Below, piece after piece: positions 16,258 to 26,502 of a DNA stretch of 64,000 nucleotides. The notes beneath the pieces were generated by a model, which was given only the letters and a program-made list of their open reading frames with translations, made no database searches and had not been told where the DNA came from. The translations under genes were made by a program, and so were the position numbers. Position 1 is the first letter of the stretch. Each line of letters opens with the position of its first letter. Source of the stretch: Gammaproteobacteria bacterium (GTDB lineage Bacteria > Pseudomonadota > Gammaproteobacteria > Steroidobacterales > Rariloculaceae); NCBI GenBank assembly GCA_035644475.1, contig DASQOL010000146.1, positions 10,957-74,956 on the forward strand, given 5' to 3'.

Positions 16258-17081
16258 ACGAGCTAACGACCACCCGCGCCGACTTGGGGGCGCCGACGGC
16301 CCGGCCGAATCTGCTCAGGATCAACCTGGTCGGGCTCTCGACGATCGTCCGCAAGGAGGCGCGGCGCGTCGTGCGGATCTGGATCCAGACGATCGTGCCG
16401 CCGGCGATCACGATGACCTTGTACTTCGTCATCTTCGGCAGCCTCGTCGGCGGCCGGATCGGTCAGATGGACGGCGTGTCTTACACCACGTTCATCGCGC
16501 CCGGCCTGATCATGATGGCCGTCATCACCAACTCGTTCGCGAACGTCGTCTCCTCGTTCTTCTCGAGCAAGCTGATGCTGCACCTCGAGGAGATGCTCGT
16601 GGCGCCGCTCGCGCATTCGACGATCGTGCTCGGCTTCGTCGCCGGCGGGGTGGTTCGCGGGCTCCTCGTGGCCGCGCTCGTCGTCGTCGTGGCGTTGTTC
16701 TTCACCGACCTGCACGTCGTGCATCCGTTCGTGACGGTCACGACCATCCTGCTTACGGCGGTGGTGTTCTCCGCGGCTGGGCTCTTCAACGCGATCTTCG
16801 CCAAGAGCTTCGACGACATCTCGATCATTCCGACGTTCGTGCTCACGCCGCTCACGTATCTCGGCGGCGTGTTCTTCTCGACGTCGTTGCTGCCGCCGTT
16901 CTGGCAGAAGGTCGCGCTCGTAAATCCGATCCTGTACATGGTCAACGCGTTCCGCTACGGAATGCTCGGCAAGTCCGACATCCCGATCCTGTGGGCGTAC
17001 GCGATCATGATCGCCTTCGCCGCGGCCCTGTTCGCGGCAGTGCTCGTGATGCTGCACAGGGGCACCGGAGTCAGGGCCTGA
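16254..17081 (+). CDS. yadH: ABC-2 type permease YadH
   Basis: Internal ATG of the track ORF (MNELTTT) with an ATGA overlap onto the yadG stop. Six predicted hydrophobic segments. Confidence 0.88.
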   Translation: MNELTTTRADLGAPTARPNLLRINLVGLSTIVRKEARRVVRIWIQTIVPPAITMTLYFVIFGSLVGGRIGQMDGVSYTTFIAPGLIMMAVITNSFANVVSSFFSSKLMLHLEEMLVAPLAHSTIVLGFVAGGVVRGLLVAALVVVVALFFTDLHVVHPFVTVTTILLTAVVFSAAGLFNAIFAKSFDDISIIPTFVLTPLTYLGGVFFSTSLLPPFWQKVALVNPILYMVNAFRYGMLGKSDIPILWAYAIMIAFAAALFAAVLVMLHRGTGVRA

Positions 17082-17082
17082 C

Positions 17083-17766
17083 GTGTGCGGCCGGTTCGCG
17101 CTGTTCGCCACGCCCGAGCAGCTCGTCGAGTACTTCGAGCTCATGGAGGCGCCGAGCGCGGCGCTTACGCCCCACTACAACATCACGCCCGGACAGCAGG
17201 TGGCCGCGGTCCGGGTCGGCCGTGACGGCGGCCGTCGCCTCGGCCTCCTGCAGTGGGGCCTGGTGCCCTTCTGGGCGAAGGACCGCAAGATCGGCTACAA
17301 GCTCATCAACGCGCGCCTCGAGGGCCTCGCGGAGAAGCCCGCGTTTCGCGAGGCGCTGACGCGCCGGCGCTGCCTGATCGCGGCCAGCGGCTTCTACGAG
17401 TGGGTCGACGCGGGTGGGCGGGCCAAGCGCAAGCCGTACTTCGTGAGGACGCCCGACGAGACGCTGCTCGCGTTCGCGGGCCTGTGGGAACGGTGGCGCG
17501 GCGGGGACGGCCCGCCGCTCGAGACGTGCACGATCGTGACGACGGCTGCCAACCCCGAGCTCGCGCCGATCCACGACCGCATGCCCGTGGCCGTCGCGCG
17601 CGCGGACTTCGCAACCTGGCTCGATCCGACCACCGGCCTCGAGGAGCTCGCCGCGCTGGCGGCGCGCGGGCCGTCGTTCGAGATCTGGCCCGTCGCACTC
17701 CGCGTCAACGATCCGCGCATCGACGACGAGCGGCTGATCGAGCCCGCGCCCGACGCGGGCTCCTGA
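17083..17766 (+). CDS. yedK: SOS-response-associated peptidase (SRAP/YedK), abasic-site processing protein
   Basis: 227 aa. It starts with MCGRF, the catalytic Cys2, and has WGLVPFWAKD and ASGFYEW. Confidence 0.92.
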   Translation: MCGRFALFATPEQLVEYFELMEAPSAALTPHYNITPGQQVAAVRVGRDGGRRLGLLQWGLVPFWAKDRKIGYKLINARLEGLAEKPAFREALTRRRCLIAASGFYEWVDAGGRAKRKPYFVRTPDETLLAFAGLWERWRGGDGPPLETCTIVTTAANPELAPIHDRMPVAVARADFATWLDPTTGLEELAALAARGPSFEIWPVALRVNDPRIDDERLIEPAPDAGS

Positions 17767-17770
17767 GGCG

Positions 17771-18409
17771 CTACTGCGTCAGCAGGAAACGGCGGCCCTG
17801 CTGGCTCAGCACCGCGCCGGTCCGCCCGATCGACACGACTCTCGGCCCTTCGGCGAGCTGCTCGCCCTCGACATACTTGCGGCCGTTGATGAACACGAAG
17901 CGCTCCGCGGGGCGTTCGCTATAGGCATGCAGCTCGAGACGCAGCTGTGGGACGGCGATGCCTTCCGCGGCGAGCGCAGTGGCGCTCGGCAGCGTCGGCG
18001 CGTCGGAGTCGAAGTCCCGAGCGGCAGCCACCGGAGCACGGGCCGGGACGGCGGCCGTCGTGTCGGTCTGCGGTGCCTGTGGATCGTCCGCGGCCACGGC
18101 CGGCGGCGGTGCGGCCACGGGCGTCGGCTCGACGCGCGCGGCGCGAGTCTCGGGCGGCGGCGCCGACGGCGCGGGCGGAACCTCGAGCGGCACGCTCGCG
18201 ATAGCGGGCGCCTGCGTCGCGACCCGCGAGCTGCGCCACCAGGCGCCGCCGAGCGCGATCAAGGCGACCACGAGCGCGGCCACCAGGGCGAACATCCAAC
18301 GGGGCGTCTCGCGCCGCGGGGCCGCGTACGGCACGTTCGAGATTCCGGGCACCGCGCCTCGTTGCCGCTCATGCTCGGATTTGCGCAATGCGTCGAGGAT
18401 GAACGACAC
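17771..18409 (-). CDS. gspB: type II secretion accessory protein GspB/ExeB-like
   Basis: 212 aa. N-terminal MSFILDALRKSE, a single TM segment, a Pro/Ala-rich linker, and a C-terminal VFINGRKYVEGEQL motif. Lies 1 nt after exeA. Confidence 0.8.
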   Translation of the reverse strand: MSFILDALRKSEHERQRGAVPGISNVPYAAPRRETPRWMFALVAALVVALIALGGAWWRSSRVATQAPAIASVPLEVPPAPSAPPPETRAARVEPTPVAAPPPAVAADDPQAPQTDTTAAVPARAPVAAARDFDSDAPTLPSATALAAEGIAVPQLRLELHAYSERPAERFVFINGRKYVEGEQLAEGPRVVSIGRTGAVLSQQGRRFLLTQ

Positions 18410-18410
18410 G

Positions 18411-20069
18411 TCAATTCTCCTCGATCAGCGAGGGAGTGCCCGGAACGTCGAGGTCTGCGACGAGCGCCACTTGCGTGCGCGCCCCGACGATGCCGTCGAC
18501 GGTGAGCATGCGCTCGCGCTGGTAACGCCGGACCGCGTTCTCTAGCGCCCGATCGTAGAGCGGGGATCCGTCCGCGGGCGGTTCCTCGCCGTGGATTCGC
18601 GCGAGCGTCGCCCGCAGCCAAAGCACGTCCGCATCGCGCATGCCGGGAGTAAGCGGCTGCGCGATCAACGGCCGCCACAGCAGCAGCTGGTCCCCGTACC
18701 ACGAGTACGCGAGCTCCGCGAGCGGCAGCTTGAACATCTTACCGTTGGCGAGCACCGAGGCGGCGTCGTAGCCGAGCGCCGTGATCACGACGTGGTGCTG
18801 CACCCCCTGCTCGTCGACGAGCGGCAAGATCGTGGGCCAGTTGACGCGGCGCAGCTCGAAGAGCGAGCCGCGATCGAGAGGCAGGCAGCGCAGCCCTTGC
18901 TGCTCCGCCTGGTGGCACGCGTCTCCCTCCGCCGGGTCATAGGCCGCGCCCCAAAGCGCGAGCAGCGTTCCGACCGCGCCGTCGCGATCGGTCCGGAAGT
19001 CCGGATCGCGTAGCAGCTCCGCGAGCGTCAGAGACTCCGCGGGCGCCGCCGCGGCGGGCGGCGTGCCCCCGAACGCCGGTTCCGTCGCGCCCGGGCCGGT
19101 GGCCGGCGCGCCGGCGAGCGAAGCCTCCGCCGCGCGGGGCGCCTGCTCTACGCCCAAGCCGGCCGGCTCCCGGTGCCGCTGCAACAGGTTGGTGGTCGCG
19201 AGCGCGAAGCTCGCGAGGCCGAGCGCCACGGCGGCCCATGGCCACCAGCGGCCGCCCGGCCGCCGGGTGCCGAAGACCTCGGCGGCCGCCCGGGCGATGA
19301 GCTTGCCGTCGACGCCATGACGGTCTTGCGTGTAGGCGGCGAGCAGCGCGCGGTCGGCGACCACGTTGATCAGCCGCGGAATGCCCCGCGAGCTCGAGTA
19401 AAGCCGCCGCACGCCCGACGCCTTGAACACGTCGCTTTGCGCGCCCGCGACGCGCATCCGATGACGGATGTAGGCGGCCGTGTCTTCCTTGCTCAGAGGC
19501 TCGAGGTGATAGCGGCCGGTTACACGCTGCGCGATCTGCCGCATCTCCGGGCGGCCGAGCAGGTCGCGTAGCTCCGGCTGCCCGATCAGGATGATCTGCA
19601 GCAGCTTCTGCTTCGCCGTTTCGAGGTTGGTCAGCAGACGTACCTGCTCGAGCAGCTCGGGGGAGAGCGTCTGCGCTTCGTCTACGATGAGCACGACGCG
19701 CTTGCCGGCTGCGTGTCTCTCGAGCAGATGGGAGTTCAACGCGTCGATCCGTTCTTTGACCGAGTCGGCGCGCGGCGGCGCCGTCCCGAGCTCCTCGCAG
19801 ATGACCTCGAGGAATTCCCGGGCCGAGAGCTGGGGATTCAGGATTAGCGCGATCTCGGCCTTCTCGGGAAGCTGCTCGAGCAGGCTCCGGATCAGCGTGG
19901 TCTTGCCGGTGCCAACCTCGCCGGTGAGCTGAATGAACCCGCCGCTTTCGGAAATGCCGTAGATCAGGTGCGCGAGCGCGTCCGCGTGGCGCGCGCTCAT
20001 GTAGAGATAGCGCGGATCCGGCGTGATCGAGAAAGGCTTTTCGGTGAGGCCGAAGAATTCGGTATACAC
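18411..20069 (-). CDS. exeA: ExeA/GspA AAA ATPase with peptidoglycan-binding C-terminus
   Basis: 552 aa. It starts MYTEFFGLTEKPF and has Walker A GEVGTGKTT, a TM segment and a C-terminal PG-binding-like domain. Confidence 0.88.
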   Translation of the reverse strand: MYTEFFGLTEKPFSITPDPRYLYMSARHADALAHLIYGISESGGFIQLTGEVGTGKTTLIRSLLEQLPEKAEIALILNPQLSAREFLEVICEELGTAPPRADSVKERIDALNSHLLERHAAGKRVVLIVDEAQTLSPELLEQVRLLTNLETAKQKLLQIILIGQPELRDLLGRPEMRQIAQRVTGRYHLEPLSKEDTAAYIRHRMRVAGAQSDVFKASGVRRLYSSSRGIPRLINVVADRALLAAYTQDRHGVDGKLIARAAAEVFGTRRPGGRWWPWAAVALGLASFALATTNLLQRHREPAGLGVEQAPRAAEASLAGAPATGPGATEPAFGGTPPAAAAPAESLTLAELLRDPDFRTDRDGAVGTLLALWGAAYDPAEGDACHQAEQQGLRCLPLDRGSLFELRRVNWPTILPLVDEQGVQHHVVITALGYDAASVLANGKMFKLPLAELAYSWYGDQLLLWRPLIAQPLTPGMRDADVLWLRATLARIHGEEPPADGSPLYDRALENAVRRYQRERMLTVDGIVGARTQVALVADLDVPGTPSLIEEN

Positions 20070-20131
20070 GTCCGCGGCTCGCTGACTGTCGTCCTACCCG
20101 TTGATCGCCGCTCGGGTCGATCGTTCCCGAG

Positions 20132-20620
20132 CTAGCGCACGTCGATGGTTACGGGCGCCGACGCAATCGCCGGGTCGAACGGCACGTGCGCGTTGTCGCC
20201 GAGCAACAGCCGCAGCTGGTGGCGGCCCGGCGAGAGCGTGATCACGGTCTCCGTTTGTCCGGCGCCGAAGTGCACGTGTTGTGCGTCGCTCGGGATCGGC
20301 GCGTCGAGCGGCGGGAGCTCCGCGTCGATCAACAGGTGGTGATGGCCGGTGTCGGGGCGGTCGACGCCTGCTGGCGCAACGCCGACGCCCTTTAAACCGA
20401 ACTGGATCAGGACCGGGTTGTCGACCGTCGCGCCGTCCTCTGGAGAGACGATGTACGCGACCGCTTCCGCGGGTGCCGGTTTCCGCACGGCCGGCGGCGC
20501 GCCGGGCGCCGGCGCGGCGACGGTGCTCGCCGCGGGCTGGGTGGTAGGGGGCGGAGTGGCTTCCTCGCGCCCGCAGGCGGCGAGCACACCGCAAAACAGG
20601 ATCCATCCGCGCGTCCGCAT
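20132..20620 (-). CDS. DUF4399 domain lipoprotein
   Basis: Lipobox VLAAC after MRTRGWILFCG. Conserved TGHHHLLID motif. Confidence 0.75.
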   Translation of the reverse strand: MRTRGWILFCGVLAACGREEATPPPTTQPAASTVAAPAPGAPPAVRKPAPAEAVAYIVSPEDGATVDNPVLIQFGLKGVGVAPAGVDRPDTGHHHLLIDAELPPLDAPIPSDAQHVHFGAGQTETVITLSPGRHQLRLLLGDNAHVPFDPAIASAPVTIDVR

Positions 20621-20724
20621 GCCGGCCTCTCTTACCCGGGTGTCGGGGGACTCTAGCACAGGGCCGGGAGCCCGCAGGGCCGCGGGCCGTGGCCTCCCTC
20701 ATCCGGCGACCGCCCGGAGGCCGT

Positions 20725-23166
20725 TTAGGGCGTGCCCGACGGACGGCGCGGGAGATCGCGCGGGTCGAAGTCGTCGACGCCGGTGAGCTCGAGCACCTTG
20801 CGATCGAACGCGCGGATCGCCGCGCCTTCCGCCGCGGTGATGAGACCCAAGCGCTCGGCCTCGTCGATTTGGCCGGGAGTGTCGTCGGCCTTGATGTCGC
20901 CGGCGCGGTGTGCGTCGAACACGCGGCGCTCGAGCGGCTTGACCTGCTCGGCGACTTCCATCGCCTCTTGGAGCGCCCCGAGCGGATTGCCCGGCTCGCG
21001 CGTCGTGTAGGCGCCGGCCGCCAGGCGCTCGCGCGTCTCCGTGGGATTGATCAGAAGCTCCACGATCTGCTGCCCCAGCGCGTCCGACGGCGCCGAGTAG
21101 GTTCGGCCGCGCGGGAAGATCAAGAAGCGCAGCACCGCCGCCACCCAGCGATTCGGGAAGTTGCGCAAGAGGCCGTGGAACTGCTCCTGCGTCCGGTACA
21201 GGAGCGTCCGGCACGCCCATTCGACGAGCGGCAGATCCGCGGGCGGCTCGCCCTGGTCCCGGTAGTGCTTGAGCACCATCGAGGCGAGATAGAGGTAGCT
21301 CAGGATGTCGCCGAGGCGCGCGGAGATCAGCTCGCGGCGCTTGAGCTCGCCGCCGAGCGTGAGCATTGCGGCGTCGGTGATCAGCGCAAACGACGCGCTG
21401 TAGCGATTGATGTGCTGGTAGTAACGGCGCGTCGCCCCGGTCTCGGGGACGTCGGTGAAGCGCGCGAGGGTCACGGCTAACACGATCGAGCGCGCCGCGT
21501 TCGACATCGTGTAACCCAGGTGCTTGAACAGCAAGCGATCGAACGCCACGAGCCCGCGCTCGCGTTCGGGGTCCTTCGCGGCGTCCATTTCGGCGCGCAC
21601 GAACGGATGGCAGCGGATCGCCCCCTGGCCGAAGATGATGAGGTTCCGGGTGAGAATGTTCGCGCCTTCGACAGTGATGGCGATCGGTACGGATTCGTAG
21701 TTGCGCGCGAGGTAGTTCTTCGGGCCGAGCATGATGCCCTTGCCGCCGTGCACGTCCATCGCGTCGTTCGCGATCTGCCGGCCGAGCTCGGTGTTGTGGT
21801 ACTTCAAGATCGCCGACGGCACGGCCGGTTTCTCGCCGTTCGCGAGCGCCGTGCACGTTACGCGCGACGCCGCGGTCATGATGTAGACGTTGCCGGCCAT
21901 CCGCGCGAGCGCCTCGCCGACGCCGTGGAACTTGCCGATCGGCAGGTTGAACTGGCGGCGCAGCCGCGCGTACGCACCGGTGGCGTAGACCGCGGCCATC
22001 GCGGCGCCCACGGCGTTGCTCGGCAGCACGATGCTGCGGCCGACGGACAAGAGCTGCACGAGCATGCGCCAGCCTTGGCCGGCCATCTTCGGCCCGCCGA
22101 TGATCGCGTCGAGCGGCACGAACACGTCGCGCCCGCGCGTCGGGCCGTTCTGAAACGGGATGTTGATCGGGAAGTGGCGGCGGCCGATCTCGATGCCCGG
22201 CGTGTTGGTCGGGACCAGCGCGGCTGTGATGCCATAGTCGTCGACGTCGCCGATCAGGTGCTCGGGATCACGAAGCTTGAACGCGAGCCCGAGCACGGTG
22301 GCGATCGGCGCGAGCGTGATGTAGCGCTTCTCCCAGTTGAGTCGGATGCCGACGATCTCATTGCCGTCGTACGTGCCGCGGCACACCACGCCGTTGTCGA
22401 TGAGTGCGGTCGCGTCCGAGCCCACGCGCGGCGAGGTCAACGCGAAGCAGGGCACCTCCTCTCCCGACGCGAGGCCCGGCAGCCAGCGCTGCTTCTGCTC
22501 GTCGGTGCCGTAGTGCAGCAGGAGCTCCGCGGGGCCGAGCGAGTTCGGCACGCCGATAGTCGACGACGCCGTCGCGTTGCGCGACGAGATCTTCGTGAGC
22601 ACCATCGAGCTCGCGAGCGGCGAGAAGCCTAGCCCCCCGTACTCCTTCGGGATGATCATCGCGAAGAATTTCGTCTCCTTGAGGAACCGCCAGACCTCGG
22701 GCGGCAGGTCCGCGAGCTCGTGGGTGATCTGCCAGTCGTCGAGCATGCGGCAGAGGTCCTCGCACGGGCCGTCGAGGAACGCTTGCTCCTCGGGAGTGAG
22801 CTTGGGGGGCGGCAGGCGCTGGAGCTTGCGCCAGTCGGGCATGCCGGAGAAGAGCTCCCCGTCCCACCAGACGTTGCCCGCTTCGAGCGCGTCCTGCTCG
22901 GTCTTCGACATGCTCGGCAGCATTTTTCGGTAGACGCCGATCACGCGGCGCGTGAGGTTGTCGCGCCGCAATGTCTCGACGTTGAGGAACGCGAGCCCGG
23001 CGAACAGCACCCACAGTACGGCCTTCCAGAACACGCCGTCGCAGAACACGGAATACGCGAGCAGCAGCGCGCCGAGCGTGATCGTCGCGGTTCGAAGGTC
23101 GGTGCGCCGATAGGCGAGCGCCACGCCCGCGCCGAGCAGGAACAGGAGCCACAGCAACGTCACCAT
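20725..23166 (-). CDS. fadE: large membrane-anchored acyl-CoA dehydrogenase FadE
   Basis: An N-terminal TM region followed by MLPSMSKTEQDALEAGNVWWDGELF, as in E. coli FadE. About 813 aa from MVTLLWL. Alternative start at 23190. Confidence 0.93.
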   Translation of the reverse strand: MVTLLWLLFLLGAGVALAYRRTDLRTATITLGALLLAYSVFCDGVFWKAVLWVLFAGLAFLNVETLRRDNLTRRVIGVYRKMLPSMSKTEQDALEAGNVWWDGELFSGMPDWRKLQRLPPPKLTPEEQAFLDGPCEDLCRMLDDWQITHELADLPPEVWRFLKETKFFAMIIPKEYGGLGFSPLASSMVLTKISSRNATASSTIGVPNSLGPAELLLHYGTDEQKQRWLPGLASGEEVPCFALTSPRVGSDATALIDNGVVCRGTYDGNEIVGIRLNWEKRYITLAPIATVLGLAFKLRDPEHLIGDVDDYGITAALVPTNTPGIEIGRRHFPINIPFQNGPTRGRDVFVPLDAIIGGPKMAGQGWRMLVQLLSVGRSIVLPSNAVGAAMAAVYATGAYARLRRQFNLPIGKFHGVGEALARMAGNVYIMTAASRVTCTALANGEKPAVPSAILKYHNTELGRQIANDAMDVHGGKGIMLGPKNYLARNYESVPIAITVEGANILTRNLIIFGQGAIRCHPFVRAEMDAAKDPERERGLVAFDRLLFKHLGYTMSNAARSIVLAVTLARFTDVPETGATRRYYQHINRYSASFALITDAAMLTLGGELKRRELISARLGDILSYLYLASMVLKHYRDQGEPPADLPLVEWACRTLLYRTQEQFHGLLRNFPNRWVAAVLRFLIFPRGRTYSAPSDALGQQIVELLINPTETRERLAAGAYTTREPGNPLGALQEAMEVAEQVKPLERRVFDAHRAGDIKADDTPGQIDEAERLGLITAAEGAAIRAFDRKVLELTGVDDFDPRDLPRRPSGTP

Positions 23167-23170
23167 TGGT

Positions 23171-23204
23171 ACTCCTCGAGCATCGGGCACTCCTCGAGCA
23201 TCGG
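23171..23204 (-). repeat. 18-bp tandem duplication in fadE leader
   Basis: ACTCCTCGAGCATCGG occurs at 23171-23186 and 23189-23204. On the coding strand each copy reads CCGATGCTCGAGGAGT, that is ATG plus a GAGGAG Shine-Dalgarno-like element. Confidence 0.85.
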
Positions 23205-23238
23205 CCGGGCCTCGCGGCGCGAGGCTACGAAGCGATCG

Positions 23239-24228
23239 TCAGAGCAGGTCGGCGACTCCGGCGCGTTCCTCGCGGAGCTCGGCATCGGTGGCGGCGAGCC
23301 TGCCGCGAGCGAACTCGTCGATCTCGAGGCCCTGCACGATCTGGTACTCGCCGCGCACGCAGCGTACGGGGTACGAGTAGACGACGCCCTCGGGGATCCC
23401 GTAGCTGCCGTCGGAGGCGACGGCCATACTGACCCAGTCCTCGCGGGGAGTCCCGAGCGCCCAGTCGCGGACGTGATCGATCGCGGCCGAGGCCGCCGAC
23501 GCTGCGGAAGAGGCGCCCCGCGCCTTGATGATCGCGGCGCCACGTTGCTGCACGGTCGGAATGAACGTCTCGTGGTACCAGTTGAGCGGAACCCGCGACA
23601 GCGCGGGCTTGCCGGAGATCGTGGCGTGCGCCAGGTCGGGGAACTGAGTCGCGGAGTGGTTGCCCCAGATGATCGCGCCGCCGACCTCGCCGACGTGGAC
23701 GCCGGCCTTCGCGGCGAGCTGCGCCTTGGCGCGGTTGTGGTCGAGCCGCGTCATCGCGGTGAAATTGCGGGGGTCCAAGCTCGGCGCGTTCTCGCGAGCG
23801 ATCAGCGCGTTCGTGTTCGCGGGATTGCCGACGACCAGGACCTTGACGCGCCGGTCGGCGACGTCCGCGAGCGCCTTGCCCTGCGCGGAGAAGATCTGCG
23901 CGTTCGCGAGCAGCAGGTCCTTGCGTTCCATGCCGGGGCCGCGCGGCCGGGCGCCGACGAGCAGAGCGTAGTTGATGTCGCGGAAGGCGACGTCGGCCTT
24001 GTCGGTGCAAACGATGCCGTGCAGCGTCTCGAACGCGCAGTCGTCGAGCTCCATCGCGACGCCGTTCAACGCGGGGAGCGCCGGCGTGATCTCCAACAGC
24101 TGGAGGATGATCGGTTGGTCGGAGCCGAACAGCTGGCCCGATGCGATGCGAAATGCGAGCTGGTAGCCGATCTGCCCTGCGGCGCCGGTGATCGCCACGC
24201 GCACCGGCGGTTTGCTCTTCTGCTTCAT
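23239..24228 (-). CDS. mdh: malate dehydrogenase
   Basis: 329 aa. [12 protein letters not shown] Rossmann motif, the long LDH-like MDH family, and IWGNHS. Confidence 0.95.
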   Translation of the reverse strand: MKQKSKPPVRVAITGAAGQIGYQLAFRIASGQLFGSDQPIILQLLEITPALPALNGVAMELDDCAFETLHGIVCTDKADVAFRDINYALLVGARPRGPGMERKDLLLANAQIFSAQGKALADVADRRVKVLVVGNPANTNALIARENAPSLDPRNFTAMTRLDHNRAKAQLAAKAGVHVGEVGGAIIWGNHSATQFPDLAHATISGKPALSRVPLNWYHETFIPTVQQRGAAIIKARGASSAASAASAAIDHVRDWALGTPREDWVSMAVASDGSYGIPEGVVYSYPVRCVRGEYQIVQGLEIDEFARGRLAATDAELREERAGVADLL

Positions 24229-24323
24229 GCGTCAGGTCTCTGCTCGGGTGGATAGAAAATGCGCCCGCGTCGCGAGCGGCCAGAATCTTAGCACGCGCTT
24301 TCGGCGCGGCTTTGGCACGCGTT

Positions 24324-25406
24324 CTATTCGGGCAGTGACTCCGCGGGCGACTCCGTGTCGCCGGGGCCGGGCTTCGAGAGGCCGTGCTTGCGCAGCAGGC
24401 TGCGGAGCTGGTGGTAACTCAGGCCGAGCAACTTCGCCGCGGTAGTCTGCTTGAATTGCGCGCGCTCGAGCGCGCGTCGCAGCACGCTGCACTCGAAATT
24501 GGTCACGGCGGAGCGGAAATCCGGCGGCACTTCGTGGTCGTTCGCCGCCGCGACCGGGCGCGGCTCCGCTTCGGCGGCAGTCTCGCGTGGTGGCGGCGGC
24601 GCGTACGGCGATGCGAACGGATCGAACAGGATTAGGTTGATGGGCTTGGCCGCGTCGTCGGAGCGGTAGACGCTGCGCTCGACCGCGTTCTTGAGCTCGC
24701 GGACGTTGCCCGGCCACGCGTAGCCCAGCAACGCGGCCTTCGCGTCGCTGGTGAATCCCGGGAAGAACGGCCGCTTGAGCTCGCTCGTGACATTGACCCC
24801 GAAGTGATACGCGAGCGTGTCAATGTCCTCGGGGCGGGCGCGCAGCGGCGGCACGTGGATCACGTCGAACGCGAGGCGATCGAGCAGGTCCGCCCGGAAC
24901 CGCCCGATCTCGGCGAGCCGTGGGAGATTTTCGTTGGTCGCGCCGACGATCCGGACGTCCGTCGAAATAGTCTCCGAGCCGCCGACGCGCTGGAACTCGC
25001 CGTACTCGATAGCTCTCAAGATCTTTTCCTGCATGCGCGGCGGGATCGTGCCGAGCTCGTCGAGCACGAGCGTGCCGCCGTCCGCTTGCTCGAACCGGCC
25101 GATGTGCGTGCGCGTCGCACCGGTGAACGCGCCGGCTTGGTGGCCGAACAGCTCCGTTTCGAGCAGCGTCTCCGTCAGCGCCGCGCAATTGACCTTGACC
25201 AGTGGCTGCTCCCAACGCTCCGACAGATAGTGCAGCCGGGAGGCGATCAGCTCCTTGCCGGTACCGCGCTCGCCGATGACCAGCACCGGCTTTATGAGCT
25301 TCGCCGCGCGCGAGACGTGCTCGAGCATCGCGAGGAAGGAAGGCGCTTCGCCGATCAGAGCAATGCTTTCAGGGGTCGGGGCCGTCGCGGTTGCCAAAGT
25401 CGTCAA
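24324..25406 (-). CDS. pspF: sigma-54-dependent activator PspF
   Basis: 360 aa. AAA+ domain only, with no receiver domain. Motifs are GERGTGKE, GAFTGA and a C-terminal HTH. Divergent from pspA. Confidence 0.9.
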   Translation of the reverse strand: MTTLATATAPTPESIALIGEAPSFLAMLEHVSRAAKLIKPVLVIGERGTGKELIASRLHYLSERWEQPLVKVNCAALTETLLETELFGHQAGAFTGATRTHIGRFEQADGGTLVLDELGTIPPRMQEKILRAIEYGEFQRVGGSETISTDVRIVGATNENLPRLAEIGRFRADLLDRLAFDVIHVPPLRARPEDIDTLAYHFGVNVTSELKRPFFPGFTSDAKAALLGYAWPGNVRELKNAVERSVYRSDDAAKPINLILFDPFASPYAPPPPRETAAEAEPRPVAAANDHEVPPDFRSAVTNFECSVLRRALERAQFKQTTAAKLLGLSYHQLRSLLRKHGLSKPGPGDTESPAESLPE

Positions 25407-25411
25407 ACCTT

Positions 25412-25431
25412 AAGGATTTCGGCGAAATCTT
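25412..25431. promoter_or_regulatory. imperfect palindrome, possible PspF UAS
   Basis: AAGGATTTCGGCGAAATCTT lies about 100 bp upstream of the pspA sigma-54 promoter. A related ATTTTCGGC occurs further downstream. Confidence 0.25.
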
Positions 25432-25524
25432 AGCCGATTCGTTCAGCGAAGCACCATAGAATTTTCGGCTTGACAGCGCCCTAACCCCGCGCCGCCCTTG
25501 GACTTGCGTGCGCTCGCGAGGGCT

Positions 25525-25540
25525 TGGCACAGAAACTGCT
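25525..25540 (+). promoter_or_regulatory. sigma-54 promoter of pspA
   Basis: TGGCAC-agaaa-CTGCT (-24 GG / -12 GC spacing is correct) lies 37 nt upstream of the pspA ATG. Confidence 0.75.
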
Positions 25541-25576
25541 TTGAGCCGACCAACTATCGACAAAGGACAGGCTGCC

Positions 25577-26263
25577 ATGGGCATCTTCTCGCGCTTCTCA
25601 GACATCGTGAACTCGAACATCAACGCGATCCTCGACAAAGCCGAGGACCCGGAAAAGCTGGTTCGCCTGATGATCCAGGAGATGGAGGACACGCTCGTCG
25701 AGGTCCGCTCGACCGCGGCGCGCGCCATCGCCGACAAGAAGGAAATCTCGCGTACCTTGAACAACCTCGACCAGGAAGGCCGCGATTGGCAGGCCAAGGC
25801 CGAGCTCGCGCTCGACAAGGAGCGCGACGACCTCGCCAAGGCGGCGCTCGCCGAGAAGGCTCGCGTAATGACCTCGGCCGAAGGTCTGCGCACCCAGCAG
25901 AAGGGGATCGGCGACGGCCTCGAGAAGCTCAACGACGACATCGTGCGGCTCGAGGAAAAGCTCCTCGACGCGAAGACCCGCCAGCAAGCCATCTTCGCCC
26001 GCCACCAGACCGCGAGCCGCCGGCTCGAGGTCCGCAAGCGTCTGCACAGCTACAAGATCGACGATGCGTTGATTCGCTTCGACCAGTTCGAGCGCCGCAT
26101 CGACGACCTCGAAGCGCACGCCGACTCGTACGACCTGGGCGGCAAGAAGGATCTGAAGACCGAGTTCGCCGAGCTCGAGACGGAGGACGAGGTCGCGAAG
26201 GAGCTTCGCGAGCTCAAGTCGAAGCGGGCGGGCCAGAAGCGCAGCACTAACGAACCGGTGTAG
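25577..26263 (+). CDS. pspA: phage shock protein A
   Basis: It starts MGIFSRFSDIVNSNINAILDKAEDPEKL. Coiled-coil protein of 228 aa. Confidence 0.95.
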   Translation: MGIFSRFSDIVNSNINAILDKAEDPEKLVRLMIQEMEDTLVEVRSTAARAIADKKEISRTLNNLDQEGRDWQAKAELALDKERDDLAKAALAEKARVMTSAEGLRTQQKGIGDGLEKLNDDIVRLEEKLLDAKTRQQAIFARHQTASRRLEVRKRLHSYKIDDALIRFDQFERRIDDLEAHADSYDLGGKKDLKTEFAELETEDEVAKELRELKSKRAGQKRSTNEPV

Positions 26264-26268
26264 GTCCC

Positions 26269-26502
26269 ATGCCCTTCACCGTCGCGGCGTTCGTCCTCAC
26301 CGTCCTCTGCGTGACGATCATCCTGCCGATCGTGATAGTCATGCACTACATGACGAAGTGGAAAGCGACCAAGGGATTGTCCAACGACGAGCAGCGATTG
26401 CTCGAGGATCTCTGGCGGGACACGCAAGCGATGCAAAGCCGGGTGAACGCGCTGGAGACGATCTTGGATGGCGAGGTCCCTGATTGGAGGAAGAAGTCAT
26501 GA
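26269..26502 (+). CDS. pspB: phage shock protein B
   Basis: 77 aa. An N-terminal TM segment followed by a leucine-zipper-like helix. Confidence 0.88.
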   Translation: MPFTVAAFVLTVLCVTIILPIVIVMHYMTKWKATKGLSNDEQRLLEDLWRDTQAMQSRVNALETILDGEVPDWRKKS

